From positions 124,001 to 188,000 of the forward strand of contig NW_026250425.1 of NCBI RefSeq assembly GCF_024521635.1: a stretch of 64,000 nt of DNA. The letters are read 5' to 3'. Under the pieces are notes generated by a model that had not been told where the DNA came from, ran no database searches, and saw only the letters and a list, made by a program, of their open reading frames with translations. Position numbers and translations under genes: made by a program. The first letter of the stretch is position 1; the number at the start of each line of letters is the position of its first letter. The stretch is from Tricharina praecox. Its lineage: Eukaryota. Of the stretch, positions 1 through 11,912 are shown one piece after another.

Positions 1-1
1 G

Positions 2-3000
2 CTGCCCCTGAACCTGAAGCTGCAACGGCCCGAGTATGTGATGCTGCCCGACAGCAACCCAGGATCTCCTTACGAAGTTCTAGGTGTCTCGTGGTGGCTA
101 CCCGTTCTGCCAGAGAGCCCGATCGACTCGCCTACACAACTGCTGATTCACGGTGAGGAAGTGGACGATATCGAAGCGTTTCCCCCCCAGTTGAGGCTGC
201 AGCAGCCGGAGTATGTTATGCACCCAGATAGCGCTCCCAATTCGCCGACGCAGTTGCCAGCTTTGCCGTACATTGCTCCGAAGAGTCTGCCGATCGGAAT
301 TCAAGACGAGCAGAAGGAAGATGATGTTGCGGGATTGATTGCTCGAGAGGATGCGGAGGAGCTGCCACTTCACCTCAGGCTGCAGCGGCCCGAGTATGTC
401 ATGCTCCCAGATAGCAGGCCCGGTTCGCCCTACGAAGTTGAAGAGATCCAGCGGTCTCTGTCAGCTCTGGGTTTGCGTACCCAACTGCCGAAGTTACAGG
501 ACAGTATTCTGGAGACTCGGCCGTTCGCCACACAAGATGAGAACAAGGAGGACGACGTCGCGAGAATAGTTGGGCTAGAGGACGCAGAGGAACTTCCTCT
601 TCATCGCAGACTGAAGCGGCCGGAGTATGTCATGCTACCAGACAGCAGACCCGGTTCGCCAACGCAATTATCGCTGCCAACGGATTCTATTGCAATGACT
701 CTCCCGTTCGCCACTCGAGATGAGAAGAAGGAGGACGACGTCGCCAGAATGGTTGGACTAGAAGATGCTGAGGAGCTTCCTCTTCATCTCAGGCTGCAAC
801 GGCCGGAATACGTGATGCTCCCGGATAGAGCCCCTAGATCTCCTTACGAGCTCTCGGTGATGCCTTGGGATCTTCCATCGCTACCGGAGAGCACTCCTGG
901 TTCGCCAGCGCAGTTACCACTTGCAGTGTCTCTCCCGTTCCCAACTCAAGATGAGAACACGGAGGACGATGTCGCGCGAATGGTTGGGCTAGAAGATGCT
1001 GAAGAGCTTCCTCTTCATCTCAGGTTGCAGCGGCCGGAGTATGTCATGCTCCCAGAAAGCAGGCCCGGTTCGCCCTACGAAGTTGAAGAGATCCAGCGGT
1101 CTCTGCCAGCTCTGGGTTTGCGTACCCAACTGCCGAAGTTACACGACAGCACTCTGGAGACTCGGCTATTCGCCACCCAAGATGAGAACAAGGAGGACAA
1201 TGTTGCTGGATTGGTCAGACTGGAGGATGCAGAAGAGCTTCCGCTTCATCTCAGGTTGCAACGGCCGGAATACGTGATGCTCCCGGATAGCAGACCCGGT
1301 TCGCCCTACGAACTCTCGGAAATGCCTTGGGATCTTCCATCGCTACCGGAGAGCGCGCCTGGTTCGCCAGCGCAGTCACCATTTGCAGTGTCTCTCCCGT
1401 TCGCCACCCAAGATGAGAAGGAGGAGGACGACGTCGCGAGAATAGTTGGGCTAGAGGACGCAGAGGAACTTCCTCTTCATCGCAGACTGCAGCGGCCGGA
1501 GTATGTCATGCTACCAGACAGCAGACCCGATTCGCCAACGCAATTATCGCGGCCAACGGATTCTATTGCAGTGTCTCTCTCGTCCGCCACTCAAGATGAG
1601 AAGAAGGAGGACGACGTCGCGAGAATGGTTGGGTTGGAGGACGCAGAGGAGCTCCCGCTTCATCTCAGGTTGCAACGGCCGGAATACGTGATGCTCCCGG
1701 ATAGCAGACCCGGTTCGCCCTACGAACTCTCGGAAATGCCTTGGGATCTTCCATCGCTACCGGAGAGCGCGCCTGGTTCGCCAGCGCAGTCACCATTTGC
1801 AGTGTCTCTCCCGTTCGCCACCCAAGATGAGAAGGAGGAGGACGACGTCGCGAGAATGGTTGGGTTGGAGGACGCAGAGGAGCTTCCTCCTCACCTCAGG
1901 CTGCAACGGCCGGAATACGTGATGCTCCCGGATAGCAACCCTGGATCGCCCTACGAAATGCCAGAACTTCCTTGGTATCTACCTGCTCTACCAAAGAGCG
2001 CGCCTGGTTCACCCACACAGATGCTGCAAGACAGCGATTCGAAGAACCTGCCTTTCGCGGAGCAGCAGCAGGAGAATATCGGCTTTTCGCGATTAGGCTC
2101 GCCCCGGTCAACGAACATGGATGACGAAGAGGAATACTCGTGGTGGGCGGCATCACCGGAATGGGTGGACAGTGATGAGAGACAATACCCTCTCTATCTG
2201 AAGTTGCAACAGCCAGAGTATGTCGTACTACCGGATAGCAATCCTGGTTCGCCTTATGAGCCCGCCAGCGTGCCTTGGTACCTACCGCCGCTGCCGGAAA
2301 GTCCAGCCAATTCGCCGACGCAGCTGCCGCAGTTGCAGAAAGGTGTTCCGGAGAAGCTTCACCTCGAAGTACAGCAGCCTCGGGATGTGACCCTTCCGCT
2401 CAGCAATCCCGCTTCGCCCTATGAGCATACTCCCCCCGGATTCCCTCTTGGCTCTCCCATACAGCTATCGCAAAAGTCGCCAAGCAGCATTGCCGGAACC
2501 CCGATCACTGCTGTTAAGAAGGATAGAGAAGAAGATGATGGCGAAACCGGTGGCGTATCTCTCGCATATGGTAGTCTCTGGAAGAAAGCGGTCCGTCATG
2601 AGAAAGAGAAGAAAACGGTGCTGAAGGTTCTCAGCAACCTTTCTCTACGAGATATTTTGCGTCCCGTGGATGTTCCCCTCCCTGCAAGCAGGCCTGGATC
2701 GCCCTACGAGTTTGCTGCACTTCCGTGGTACCTGCCACCTCTTCCCGAGAGCCCTCTCGGTTCGCCGAACCAGTCACCGCAGTCACACATGTCTATTCCG
2801 GGGGACCTATCTCTCGAGACTCAACTGACACAGTATGAGGGTTCGTCGACAGCATCATCACCTCAACAGGCACACTATGATTATAACGGGACTACGTGGT
2901 CGGCCAGTTCTTCGGAGGCCCAGAGCGATGGTGAGGAAGAGCTTCCTCTCTACCTCCGTCTTCAGCAGCCCGATTATGTGATGCTCCCAGATAGCAACCC

Positions 3001-6000
3001 TGGGTCTCCCTACGAGCTTCCAGCTCTACCGTGGTATCTACCACCGCTTCCGGAGAGCCCTCCCGATTCGCCAACCTTGCTGTCTGAAGATGCCCTGTCC
3101 GAGAGTGATCAGAGTTCTCCCTATGTTCTTCCCGCAGTTCCATCGGACTTGTCAGCGCTCCCATCATCGAGGCTAGATTCGCATACGCTAGAGAGCTCGC
3201 CGGTTTTCCCTACCGAACAAGCAAGAAATACGGATGTGCCAAGGATGGCGTCCCCAGTGTCAGATGACGGCGTAGGCGGTGTGCCTTTGGTATATGGCGG
3301 TCTTTGGAAGAAGGCTTTCGAAAAAGAGAAGAAGCAGCAGACGTTGCGTCGCGTTGCCAGTGCTCTGAGGGAACCTCTTCGCAAAAATTTGCGTGCCGAG
3401 GATGTCCCCCTTCCTGCAAGCAGACCTGGGTCTCCCTATGAGCTTCCGGCTTTGCCGTGGTATCTACCGCCTCTTCCCATGAGCCCGGGTGGCTCTCCCG
3501 TCTTGCTTGCCGATGATTGGTCTCGCTCACCTAGCGAACCTAGATCTCCTTACTTCCTTCCTGAGGATGCGCCCGAAATGGTGGAACTTCCAGAAAGCTG
3601 GCCCGCCAGCCCGTACAGTCTTCCGGAGGTACCAGAAAATCTTCCAACACTGCCCAGTAGTCCGTGGTACTCGCCAACCCTGGAGCCAAGCCCCCTCGAT
3701 GTGGATATTCCTGAGAGCAGGCCATCGTCGCCGTACGACCTCCCGATGCCGGCTTACCTGCCAATGCTTCCGCAGAGTCGCGCGAGCTCGCCAACTTTGC
3801 TTCCACAGAACTTGTCGCTGCCATCCACCAGAGATGGCTCGCCATACATGCTCCCGGTTGTTCCCAACGATCTGCCTGACCTTCCAGAGAGCCCATGGTA
3901 TTCCCCAACTCTGGGACCGAGCCCCCTCGATGCCGATTTGCCTGAGAGTCGCAGCACCTCACCGTACCTACTTCCCGCGGTGCCGTCAAACCTACCGCAA
4001 CTCCCACCAAGCCCGTGGAATTCTCCCACGTTGGGACCGGGTCCCCAAGATCTAGAGCTTCCGCAAAGTGAATGCAGTTCTCCATACCAGCTTCCTGCAG
4101 TGCCGGTCAACCTACCAGTGCTTCCTGCGAGCCCATGGGACTCACCGACGCTGCTACCGGCCCCACAGGATCTCGACTTACCGTCCAGTGGGCCTGGTTC
4201 GCCCTATATGCTTCCAGTGATCCCCAACGATCTTCCCCAGTTGCCACCTAGTGCATTCGGGTCCCCCACCTTGCTTCCGCAAGACGTTGAATTACCCGAG
4301 ACTGCACCAGGCTCGCCCTACTCGTTGCCGGACGTTCCGGATAACCTTCCCGATCTTCCGCCCAGCCCATGGTACTCACCTACTCTAGGTCCTGCGCCTC
4401 AGGACATGAGCCTTCCGTGTAGCAGATCTATGTCCCCTTATTTTCTGCCTGCGATCCCCGATGATCTCCCCCAGCTTCCTGAGAGCGAATGGAATTCGCC
4501 CACGCTCGGGCCGAGTCCGACACAGGTTCGACTTCCTGGCAGTGGACCCGGCTCGCCATACATCCTGCCGCTCGTGGGTGATGATCTCCCGCCGCTCCCA
4601 GACAGCCCTTGGAACTCCCCGACGTTCGGCCCAAGGCCGACAGAGACCGACCTTCCCATTAGCAGGCCGGATTCTCCCTACCAGCTCCCACCGGTCCCTT
4701 TGGAATTACCAGCATTACCGAAATCACCATGGAATTCTCCGACGTTAGGTCCTAGGCCTCAAGAAGTCTCACTCCCCGTCTCGCGACCAAGTTCGCCATA
4801 CACGCTCCCGGCTATCCCTGCGGATCTCCCGCAGCTTCCAGGAAGTCCTTGGGACTCACCCACGCTTGGCCCTGCTCCCCAGCAGGTATTTCTTCCGTCG
4901 AGTTCATCGAACTCACCTTACCAGCTCCCAACGCTTGATGGTCTTCCGCTGCTGCCGCCCAGCCCATGGTATTCGCCGACGCTTGGCCCTCGCCCGCAAG
5001 AGGTGGATCTGCCGTTCAGTAAGCCTGGATCACCGTACCAACTGTCTTTGCCTGTCGACTTGCCGGAGCTACCGCTTTCACCATGGAATTCCCCAGTTTT
5101 GGGGCCGAGGCCCACCGAAGTATCAATACCACTCAGCGTTCCCGGATCGCCGTACAGTTTGGCGATTGAAACGGACTTGCCGCAGCTCCCTGGATCACCA
5201 TGGGACTCGCCAACTCTTGGTCCCCGCCCTCAAGAACTGGGTCTTCCGCTTAGCAAACCTGGATCTCCGTATGCACTGCCAGAGACTGCCTACCTACCCC
5301 AGCTTCCCAGTTCGCCATGGAATTCACCAACTCTTGGACCGCGCCCAATGGAAGTGGATCTCCCCGTCAGCAAGCCAGGCTCGCCATATCAGCTTCCAGA
5401 ATGTGTTCACCTTCCGCAACTGCCGCCGAGCCCGTGGAACTCACCGACACTTGGTCCCCGACCGCAAGAAGTCACCGTTCCACTCAGTCAGCCAGGATCA
5501 CCATACCAGCTTCCGGAGGTTCCAACGGGATTTGCACTGCCCACCTCGCCGTGGAATTCGCCTACCCTTGGACCGAGACCAACGGAGATGACGCTTCCAA
5601 TCAGCCGCCCGGGTTCGCCATGGGAGCTTCGCGTTATCACGACCGGGTTGCCTCAACTGCCTAGCAGTCCTTGGTACTCACCCACCGAGCTTCCACGTCC
5701 TCAAGACGCGGGGCTGCCGAGCAGTAAGCCCGGATCTCCATATTCCCTAGCCGAAGTCGCAGATGATCTTCTGTCGCTTCCATCCAGTCCATGGGACTCC
5801 CCAACATTGGGTCCCCGGCCTCAAGAGACTATGATTCCCGTCAGCCGTCCTGGGTCGCCGTATATGCTCCCAGAGGTGCCCGCCGATATTCCGCAGCTCC
5901 CGCTCAGCCCATGGCACTCGCCGACCCTACTTCCGCGACCACAGGAGAAGGAGCTCCCCATCAGTGCGCCAGGATCGCCGTATGCGTTGTCGGAGATGAT

Positions 6001-9000
6001 GCCTCGCAATGTGCCTGCGCTTCCTATTAGTCCGTGGAATTCGCCGACTTTGGGACCCAGACCTACCGAGACGAAGTTGCCGGTGAGCAAGCCTGGGTCG
6101 CCGTACATGATGCCGGAGATCGATGACCTTCCTACATTGCCACCAAGCTCATGGAATTCACCAACTTTGGGGCCGAGGCCAACGGACAAGGCATTGCCAA
6201 TTAGCAAGCCGGGATCGCCATATCTTCTTCCTGACATCGAGGCACAACAGCTGCCCGTGCTTCCCGTGAGCCCATGGAACTCCCCCACGCTGAGCCCCAG
6301 GCCTCAAGAGGCGGAAATGCCAGAGAGTATGCCTGGTTCGCCGTACATGCTGTCAGATTTGCTGCCCACGGAGATCCCTACGCTGCCGCTCAGCCCTTGG
6401 CACTCACCGACACTAGGACCCAGTCCTCAGGACGTCGAGCTGCCGATCAGCAACCCTGGTTCTCCATTCTACTTGAGCTCGCTTCTGCCAGCACGGATAC
6501 CATCGCTTCCGGCAAGTCCTTGGAACTCCCCAACGCTGGGCCCCCGGCCTCAAGAAGTTGACCTCCCGGAAAGCGAGCCTGGATCTCCGTACCTTCTGTC
6601 GTCTCTGCAGCCGCGATCATTGCCAACCCTACCAGGTAGTCCTTGGGACTCCCCTACACTTGGCCCGGCACCGCAGGACCTCGAGCTCCCCACCAGCCAT
6701 CCCGGATCTCCATACTTCCTTCCGGATGCCGCCGAGCAGCGTCTGCCCGTGTTGCCCTCAAGCCCATGGTTCTCTCCGACACTGCTTCCCCGGCCCCAAG
6801 AGGCAGAGCTGCCATTCAGCCATCCGGGATCGCCCTACCTGCTGTCGGATATCATGCCCACCTGGGTACCGGGGCTTCCGAGCAGTCCCTGGAATTCGCC
6901 GACACTTGGCCCGGCACCGACTGAAAAGGAGCTTCCATCATCCGCTCCCGGCTCCCCTTACGAGTTCACACTTGATGTTACAGCACTGCCGAAATTGCCG
7001 GAGTCGCCGCGTTTGGAGCCAGTTCAAGAGAAGGTTGTCGAAGTGCCACGTTCGGAGCCAGTTCAAGAGAAAGTTGTCGAAACGCCGCTCACGGAGCTTG
7101 CTGTTCCGTCGCCACCCCCGCCATCAGAGGCGTCATCAGTACCGAGGAGAACGTTGTGGAGGAAGAAATCAGGAATCGTGAAGACTCAACCAGAGGTTGC
7201 GGAAGAGAATGAGGATGAATTAGAACAGCTTAAGCTTGTCCCGTCACGGACGATGAGTATCAAGGAAGAAGAAGTGGCGCCGCCATCCCCAACCGCGTCA
7301 ATTGACGACAAGAAGTATGGCATTCCCAATCCCTCCATCGATGAGATGAGTGCTAACCAATCCGTAGGCCGCCTGGCCCCAAGAGAAGAGGCTCGTTCTG
7401 GAATCGAGTGTGGAAGGCCACCGGCACAGTCGCGTCGGCTTCCCCTAGCGAAGGCGAAACCGCCAAAAGCAGGCCTGGAACTCCCACTGGCAAAAGCAGC
7501 CGGCCCGGAACTCCCACCGGTGCCGTGAGCGCATTATCAGCCTTCACGTCACAACTTGCATCAAGCAGGAACGAGAGTAATCCTTTTGATACCCTCGCCC
7601 GTGAGGGCGAAGAGGGTCGGGCTAGAGATTTGCCCCAACACGAGGACTCTGGGAGCGAGTATGCCGAATACAAGAAGAAGACGTTGGAGGAGGAGGAGAG
7701 GAGGGGTAGTTCTAGTCGTGTGGTAGCCATAGAAGATAAGGCGGACGAAGGTGGGAGGAGATCTGTGCGTAGTTTTTTTATGGGGCGATCGAACTAATGG
7801 AGGGGCAACGTATTTTAGAACTAAACATAGAGGATATTCAAGGATCGAATAGAAGGCATTTCGATGTATGTTCTGGGGTTAATGCCGCTGGCTGGATGGC
7901 TGTTAACAATGATTAGGCCCTAGAAAATAACGGAATATGGACGCTCGTGGACTCTGCCACGGGCTCCCCAACGGAAGAATTTGACCAAGAGACTGCCAGT
8001 CTGTCATTGGATCAGGAGTCGGAGCCAGTCTCCATGTACACCATACGGCCAATCACAGTTTCCGAGGAAGCGAAATCAGTATCATCCCAGGAAACCCTAC
8101 CAGCCAATAAGACAACACCTACTGAAATCGCCGAGGAACAAATCAACCGTACGCAAACACAGATTCCCGAAACATCCACTGCTGCACACTCTCTCTCCGC
8201 AGCCACTGCTGTCCCTACACCTGCTATCGCCCGTACAACAACACCTGTTTCAATCACTACACTTCCGGAACAATTCTCACCACTACTCTCTTCCGACGAC
8301 GTATCTTCCCTGGGCATCTCCCTTACCGAGGACGATCTTTCACAGACGGCGACTTTCGCCAACGAAAAACCTCCATACACATCTGAACCTGTTACATTAT
8401 TGTCTTCTATTCCCTCCAGAGCAGCCACCTTAAAATCCCCGTCTCCTTCAGCTGAATCACCAAAGCTTGGTACTAGTGAGCCCCTCCTATTGGCTCCAGC
8501 CACATCAGCTAATGCAGAGGTCTCAGATCACCAATCTCCCCGGCTCTTAGGAACCTCACCGACATTCCCTTCGGAACTAGGATCATCCGCCCCAGGCCCG
8601 CTTACGTCTGAGCCTTCTATCCAGGAAGCTCCCAATCCACGCGAGGATCTCGGTAAGTTCCATCCACAGGAGAGACAAGATAGTTCCACCACCAGCAACA
8701 CTGGCAGCGGCTTCACATCCTCCTATTCCTCCTCTGGCGAAGAAGGCTCCGTCCGGGTATCGATCGAGGCTGACTCTGGTTACGAAGTCTCCGTCCGGCG
8801 CGTCTCTTCTGGTGAAAACCGTCGCAAGGGCTCAATAGGAGTTAGGATTTCCCAATTGGTTGGTAGATTCGAGCTTCAGCCACAGTCGTCCACCGAGTCG
8901 CTCCGCTCTTTTTCCAGCTCCCGCTCTATTTCTCCCTTCGTCGAGCCGGAAGCCAAAGAGGCCGCACCCAAGGAGGCATACAAGAGCCTTTTCGGCGGCC

Positions 9001-11444
9001 CTTCGTTCGAGGACGGTGCGGCATTCAACCCATTCGCAGCCAAAGAGTCCACGGAGAAATCCGAATCGAGACTCGCGCGACGCCACAGTAACTTCGAGCT
9101 CAAGCCATCTACCATCACCCACTCCCCCATCGTCTCTCCAACTCACGTTTCATTCCCGCTCCCTACTATCGTCGAAGCTTCAGCCGACGAGCGACCACTT
9201 GCCAACCCCGTGATCAAGGCATTACGGCGCACAGCCACCGAGAACTCATTCTTCCGGCTACCGGCACAACCCACGCGAACTGAGACATCCAAGCAACCCG
9301 AAGCTTCAACAGCCGGTAGCCGTTTCATCACAGCTGAGGACATCCTCCGTCTGCAAAGCGACGTACCGCGCCGCGCTAAATCCGCAATCCGAGCTACGCG
9401 CCCGCCAGATCTGCAAGAGGACGACAAGATGCAGGTACTCAAGCGCGGTGAGCGCGCTGGCAAGGCGCCATCACTGCGTCGCGTCGGCTCCCAGATCGAA
9501 AGCCCGCGCACTTCTTCCGAGCACATCATCTTCGGCGAGCGCTTCACCACTCCCGTGCGGCCGGGAAGCGCGCACGACAAGACGCGAGATGGCATTCTCG
9601 AAGCATGGGGCGAACAGCACCCACAGCCAAGCTCGCCTACGCGGCCGCCAAGCATCCGCCGGCGGCAAAGTCTCAAGCTGATGGACCTCGAACAGAAGGT
9701 CGAGTTGCTCGGCGTCGAAAACGGCACACTGGTGCACGAAAAGGCCAACCTGGAGAAATCGCTGGCCAAGACGCGCACCGATCAACAGGAAGCGACAGCC
9801 GCGCTGGCTGAGAAGCTCCAGTCTGCCGACCAGGTCCTTGCCGACAAGAATGCCGAGATCGACGAGCTCAACAAGAAGCTGGCCTGGTATCAGGAGGAAA
9901 TGCTCCGTCTTCAAGGCCACAACGCCTCACTTACCCAGCTGCAAGCCGCGTACAAACTCAGCCATGCTAGCATCTCGTCTCGCTACGACAAGAAGTCGCA
10001 GAAGATGTTGGAGCTTACCAACGAGCACACAGAGCTGCTGGCAAAATACAAGTTATTGGAGGACAAAAGCCAGCAAAGCCAGGCCGTCACCGACGAGATC
10101 CTGGCAAAGGATGCTGAACTCCAGTTGCTCCGTAGCGAGCTGCAAAAGGCCCGTGATGAGGTGCGCTCACTCGAGCGCAAGGTCATGGCTCGGCAGAGCA
10201 ACCGCTACCTCGACATCAAAGATCCGTCGCACTTTGCCGACAGCGCCAACATCCTCTTCCAGGAGGCTCAGAAGTGGAGCGAGGCTTTCTCGCACTTTTC
10301 ACTCGGACGCCGCTGCATCCATGTGCACCGCGTCACCGACGAGGATATCAAAGATCGCTTCGAGAATGTGATGCTCGACGACCGAGGCGTACGACGCATG
10401 CTCAAGGATGAGTCCCGGCGTGGCATTGCCATCACGGCCATCATGATGCGCCTCATCTGGGAATTTGTTTTTACGCGCTACCTGTTCGGCCTTGAGACCG
10501 AGGAGCGCCAAAAGCTGCTGTCCTTGGAACGGACTCTCGCCGAAGTCGGTATGTATTTCCCGTTCTCGTGCCCCCCTCAATGACCATTCTTACTGACAAA
10601 CGCAGGCGCACCCTCGGCCGTGCATCAATGGCGCGCAACCACACTCACGCTGCTCTCGCAACGCCAGTCATTCCGCTCGCTGCTCACATCCGCCACCGAA
10701 GCGACCGTCAACGACATCATGAAACACCTCAACTTCCTGCTGCCGCCACCTCCGCAGCACGCCCCCACGGCGATCAGCACGCTCCGCACCCTGCTCAACC
10801 TCGCGGTCAAGCTCGCGCTCGAGATGCGCACGCAGCGGGCCGAATACGTCATGCTGCGCCCTCCCTTCCCGGAATACGACGACCAGGGCGAAGTCTCCAA
10901 CACCATCTACTTCAACGCGGCGCGGATGAAGGCCGTCAACAGCGACGCCTCGCCAACCGACCTCGAAGCTGAGCACGCCACCATCAAATTGGTCCTCTTC
11001 CCGCTGATAATCCGCCGCGGCAACGAGTTCGGCGAGGACTACGAGCACGAGCACATAGTCTACCAGATGCAAGTAGTCGTCACCCGCGCGCAGCTGCGCT
11101 CAGAGAGCAGATGCTCCTCCATGCGGTCAGTTGCAAGCTCCGTCGGCAGCTCGATCCATGGCCACAGCTGGCGCGATGATCAGGCCTCAAAGCAGGCGGT
11201 CAACAGGCTCACGCCAATTACCGACCACTCCCCGCGCACGACGCCGGATCGCAACCGCCGCGAAAGAGATGAGAGTCCCGGACTCCTGCCAAGGATTCCC
11301 GAGCAGACGATTAGACTTGTCGACGATAGCGATGGCGAGATGGATGTTGACGACGAGAGGTTCCGCGACTTTGATATGCCGCCGAGGTATGAGGGTAGTC
11401 TGGGGAAGAAGAGAAGGATCAGTGGGAGTGGTGATCGCGTGTAG
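2..11444 (+). CDS. Giant Pro/Ser-rich repeat protein with Leashin (LAH)-type C-terminal coiled-coil and septal-pore domain; 5' end lies upstream of the window
   Basis: Frame is open from nt 2 (LPLNLKLQRPEYVML...). Intron 7315-7367 (GTATGG..GCTAAC..TAG) joins ORF 38..7528 to the 7408 frame (KPPGPKRRGSFWNRVWKATG). Junction 7751-7916 needs two introns; 7866-7916 is clear, the first donor is uncertain. Intron 10549-10605 (GTATGT..CTGAC..CAG) gives LAEVGAPSAVHQWRATTLTLL. C-terminal motifs IWEFVFTRYLFG..ERQKLLSLERTL, MRTQRAEYVML..PEYD and YFNAARM resemble the conserved C-terminus of Pezizomycotina leashin/involucrin-repeat proteins (recalled, not searched). Confidence 0.75.
295..2030 (+). repeat. 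Coding tandem array I: 8 units with core TQDExxEDDVARxVGLEDAEELPLHLRLQRPEYVMLPDSRPGSP plus interchangeable tails
   Basis: Visible in both protein and DNA; nt 1241-1443 is identical to 1655-1857. Confidence 0.95.
3600..6990 (+). repeat. Coding tandem array II: about 28 units of about 40 aa, consensus LPxLPxSPW(N/D/Y/H)SPTLGPRPQExxLPxSxPGSPYxL
   Basis: 26 W-containing units plus 2 variant units counted in the translation; DNA copies are much more diverged than the peptide. Confidence 0.95.
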
Positions 11445-11853
11445 ACCTTAGTTATTGTGGGTGCTTTGGAGTTTTGGTAGGCCTTCTAATGTCTTTCTGT
11501 TCTCTTTTTACGAATCTTCTGTCATTGTTATGGACCTTTAATACCCCTATGCTTTTAAATGTTTTTGCTTTATGTACTTGCGATGCTTTCTTTGTTTTCA
11601 TATTTTCATGTTTTCTTTGCTTGCTTGAACGGATTACGAAAGGAAAAGACCGAAAAAAGGTGGAAAATCAACAAACCAACCAAAAAAAAAGAAGGGAGGT
11701 AGAACGGGCGTACCCAGGCTTTCTTGTACTGTTACACCTAAGGATTGGATGGAAATGGGGTTTATGTTGTGTTATGTACGTGTAGTCATTGTTTGTTTTT
11801 GTTGCGTTTTAGTTACGTTTTAGTTGAGTTGTATGAATGAATTTATAGTTCGC

Positions 11854-11912
11854 GAATGACTTTCAGAGAGTGAATGACTTTCAGAGAGTGAATGGCTTTC
11901 AGAGAGTGAATG
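11854..11912 (+). repeat. 18-bp tandem repeat x3 (GAATGACTTTCAGAGAGT)
   Basis: Direct reading; one mismatch in the third copy. Confidence 0.9.

Noticed and set aside
38..7000. Repeat protein as a RiPP or KEP-type peptide precursor
   Set aside because: No regular KR/RR Kex2 sites between units, no DUF3328/UstY or other tailoring genes nearby, and the ORF appears to continue towards a leashin-type domain.
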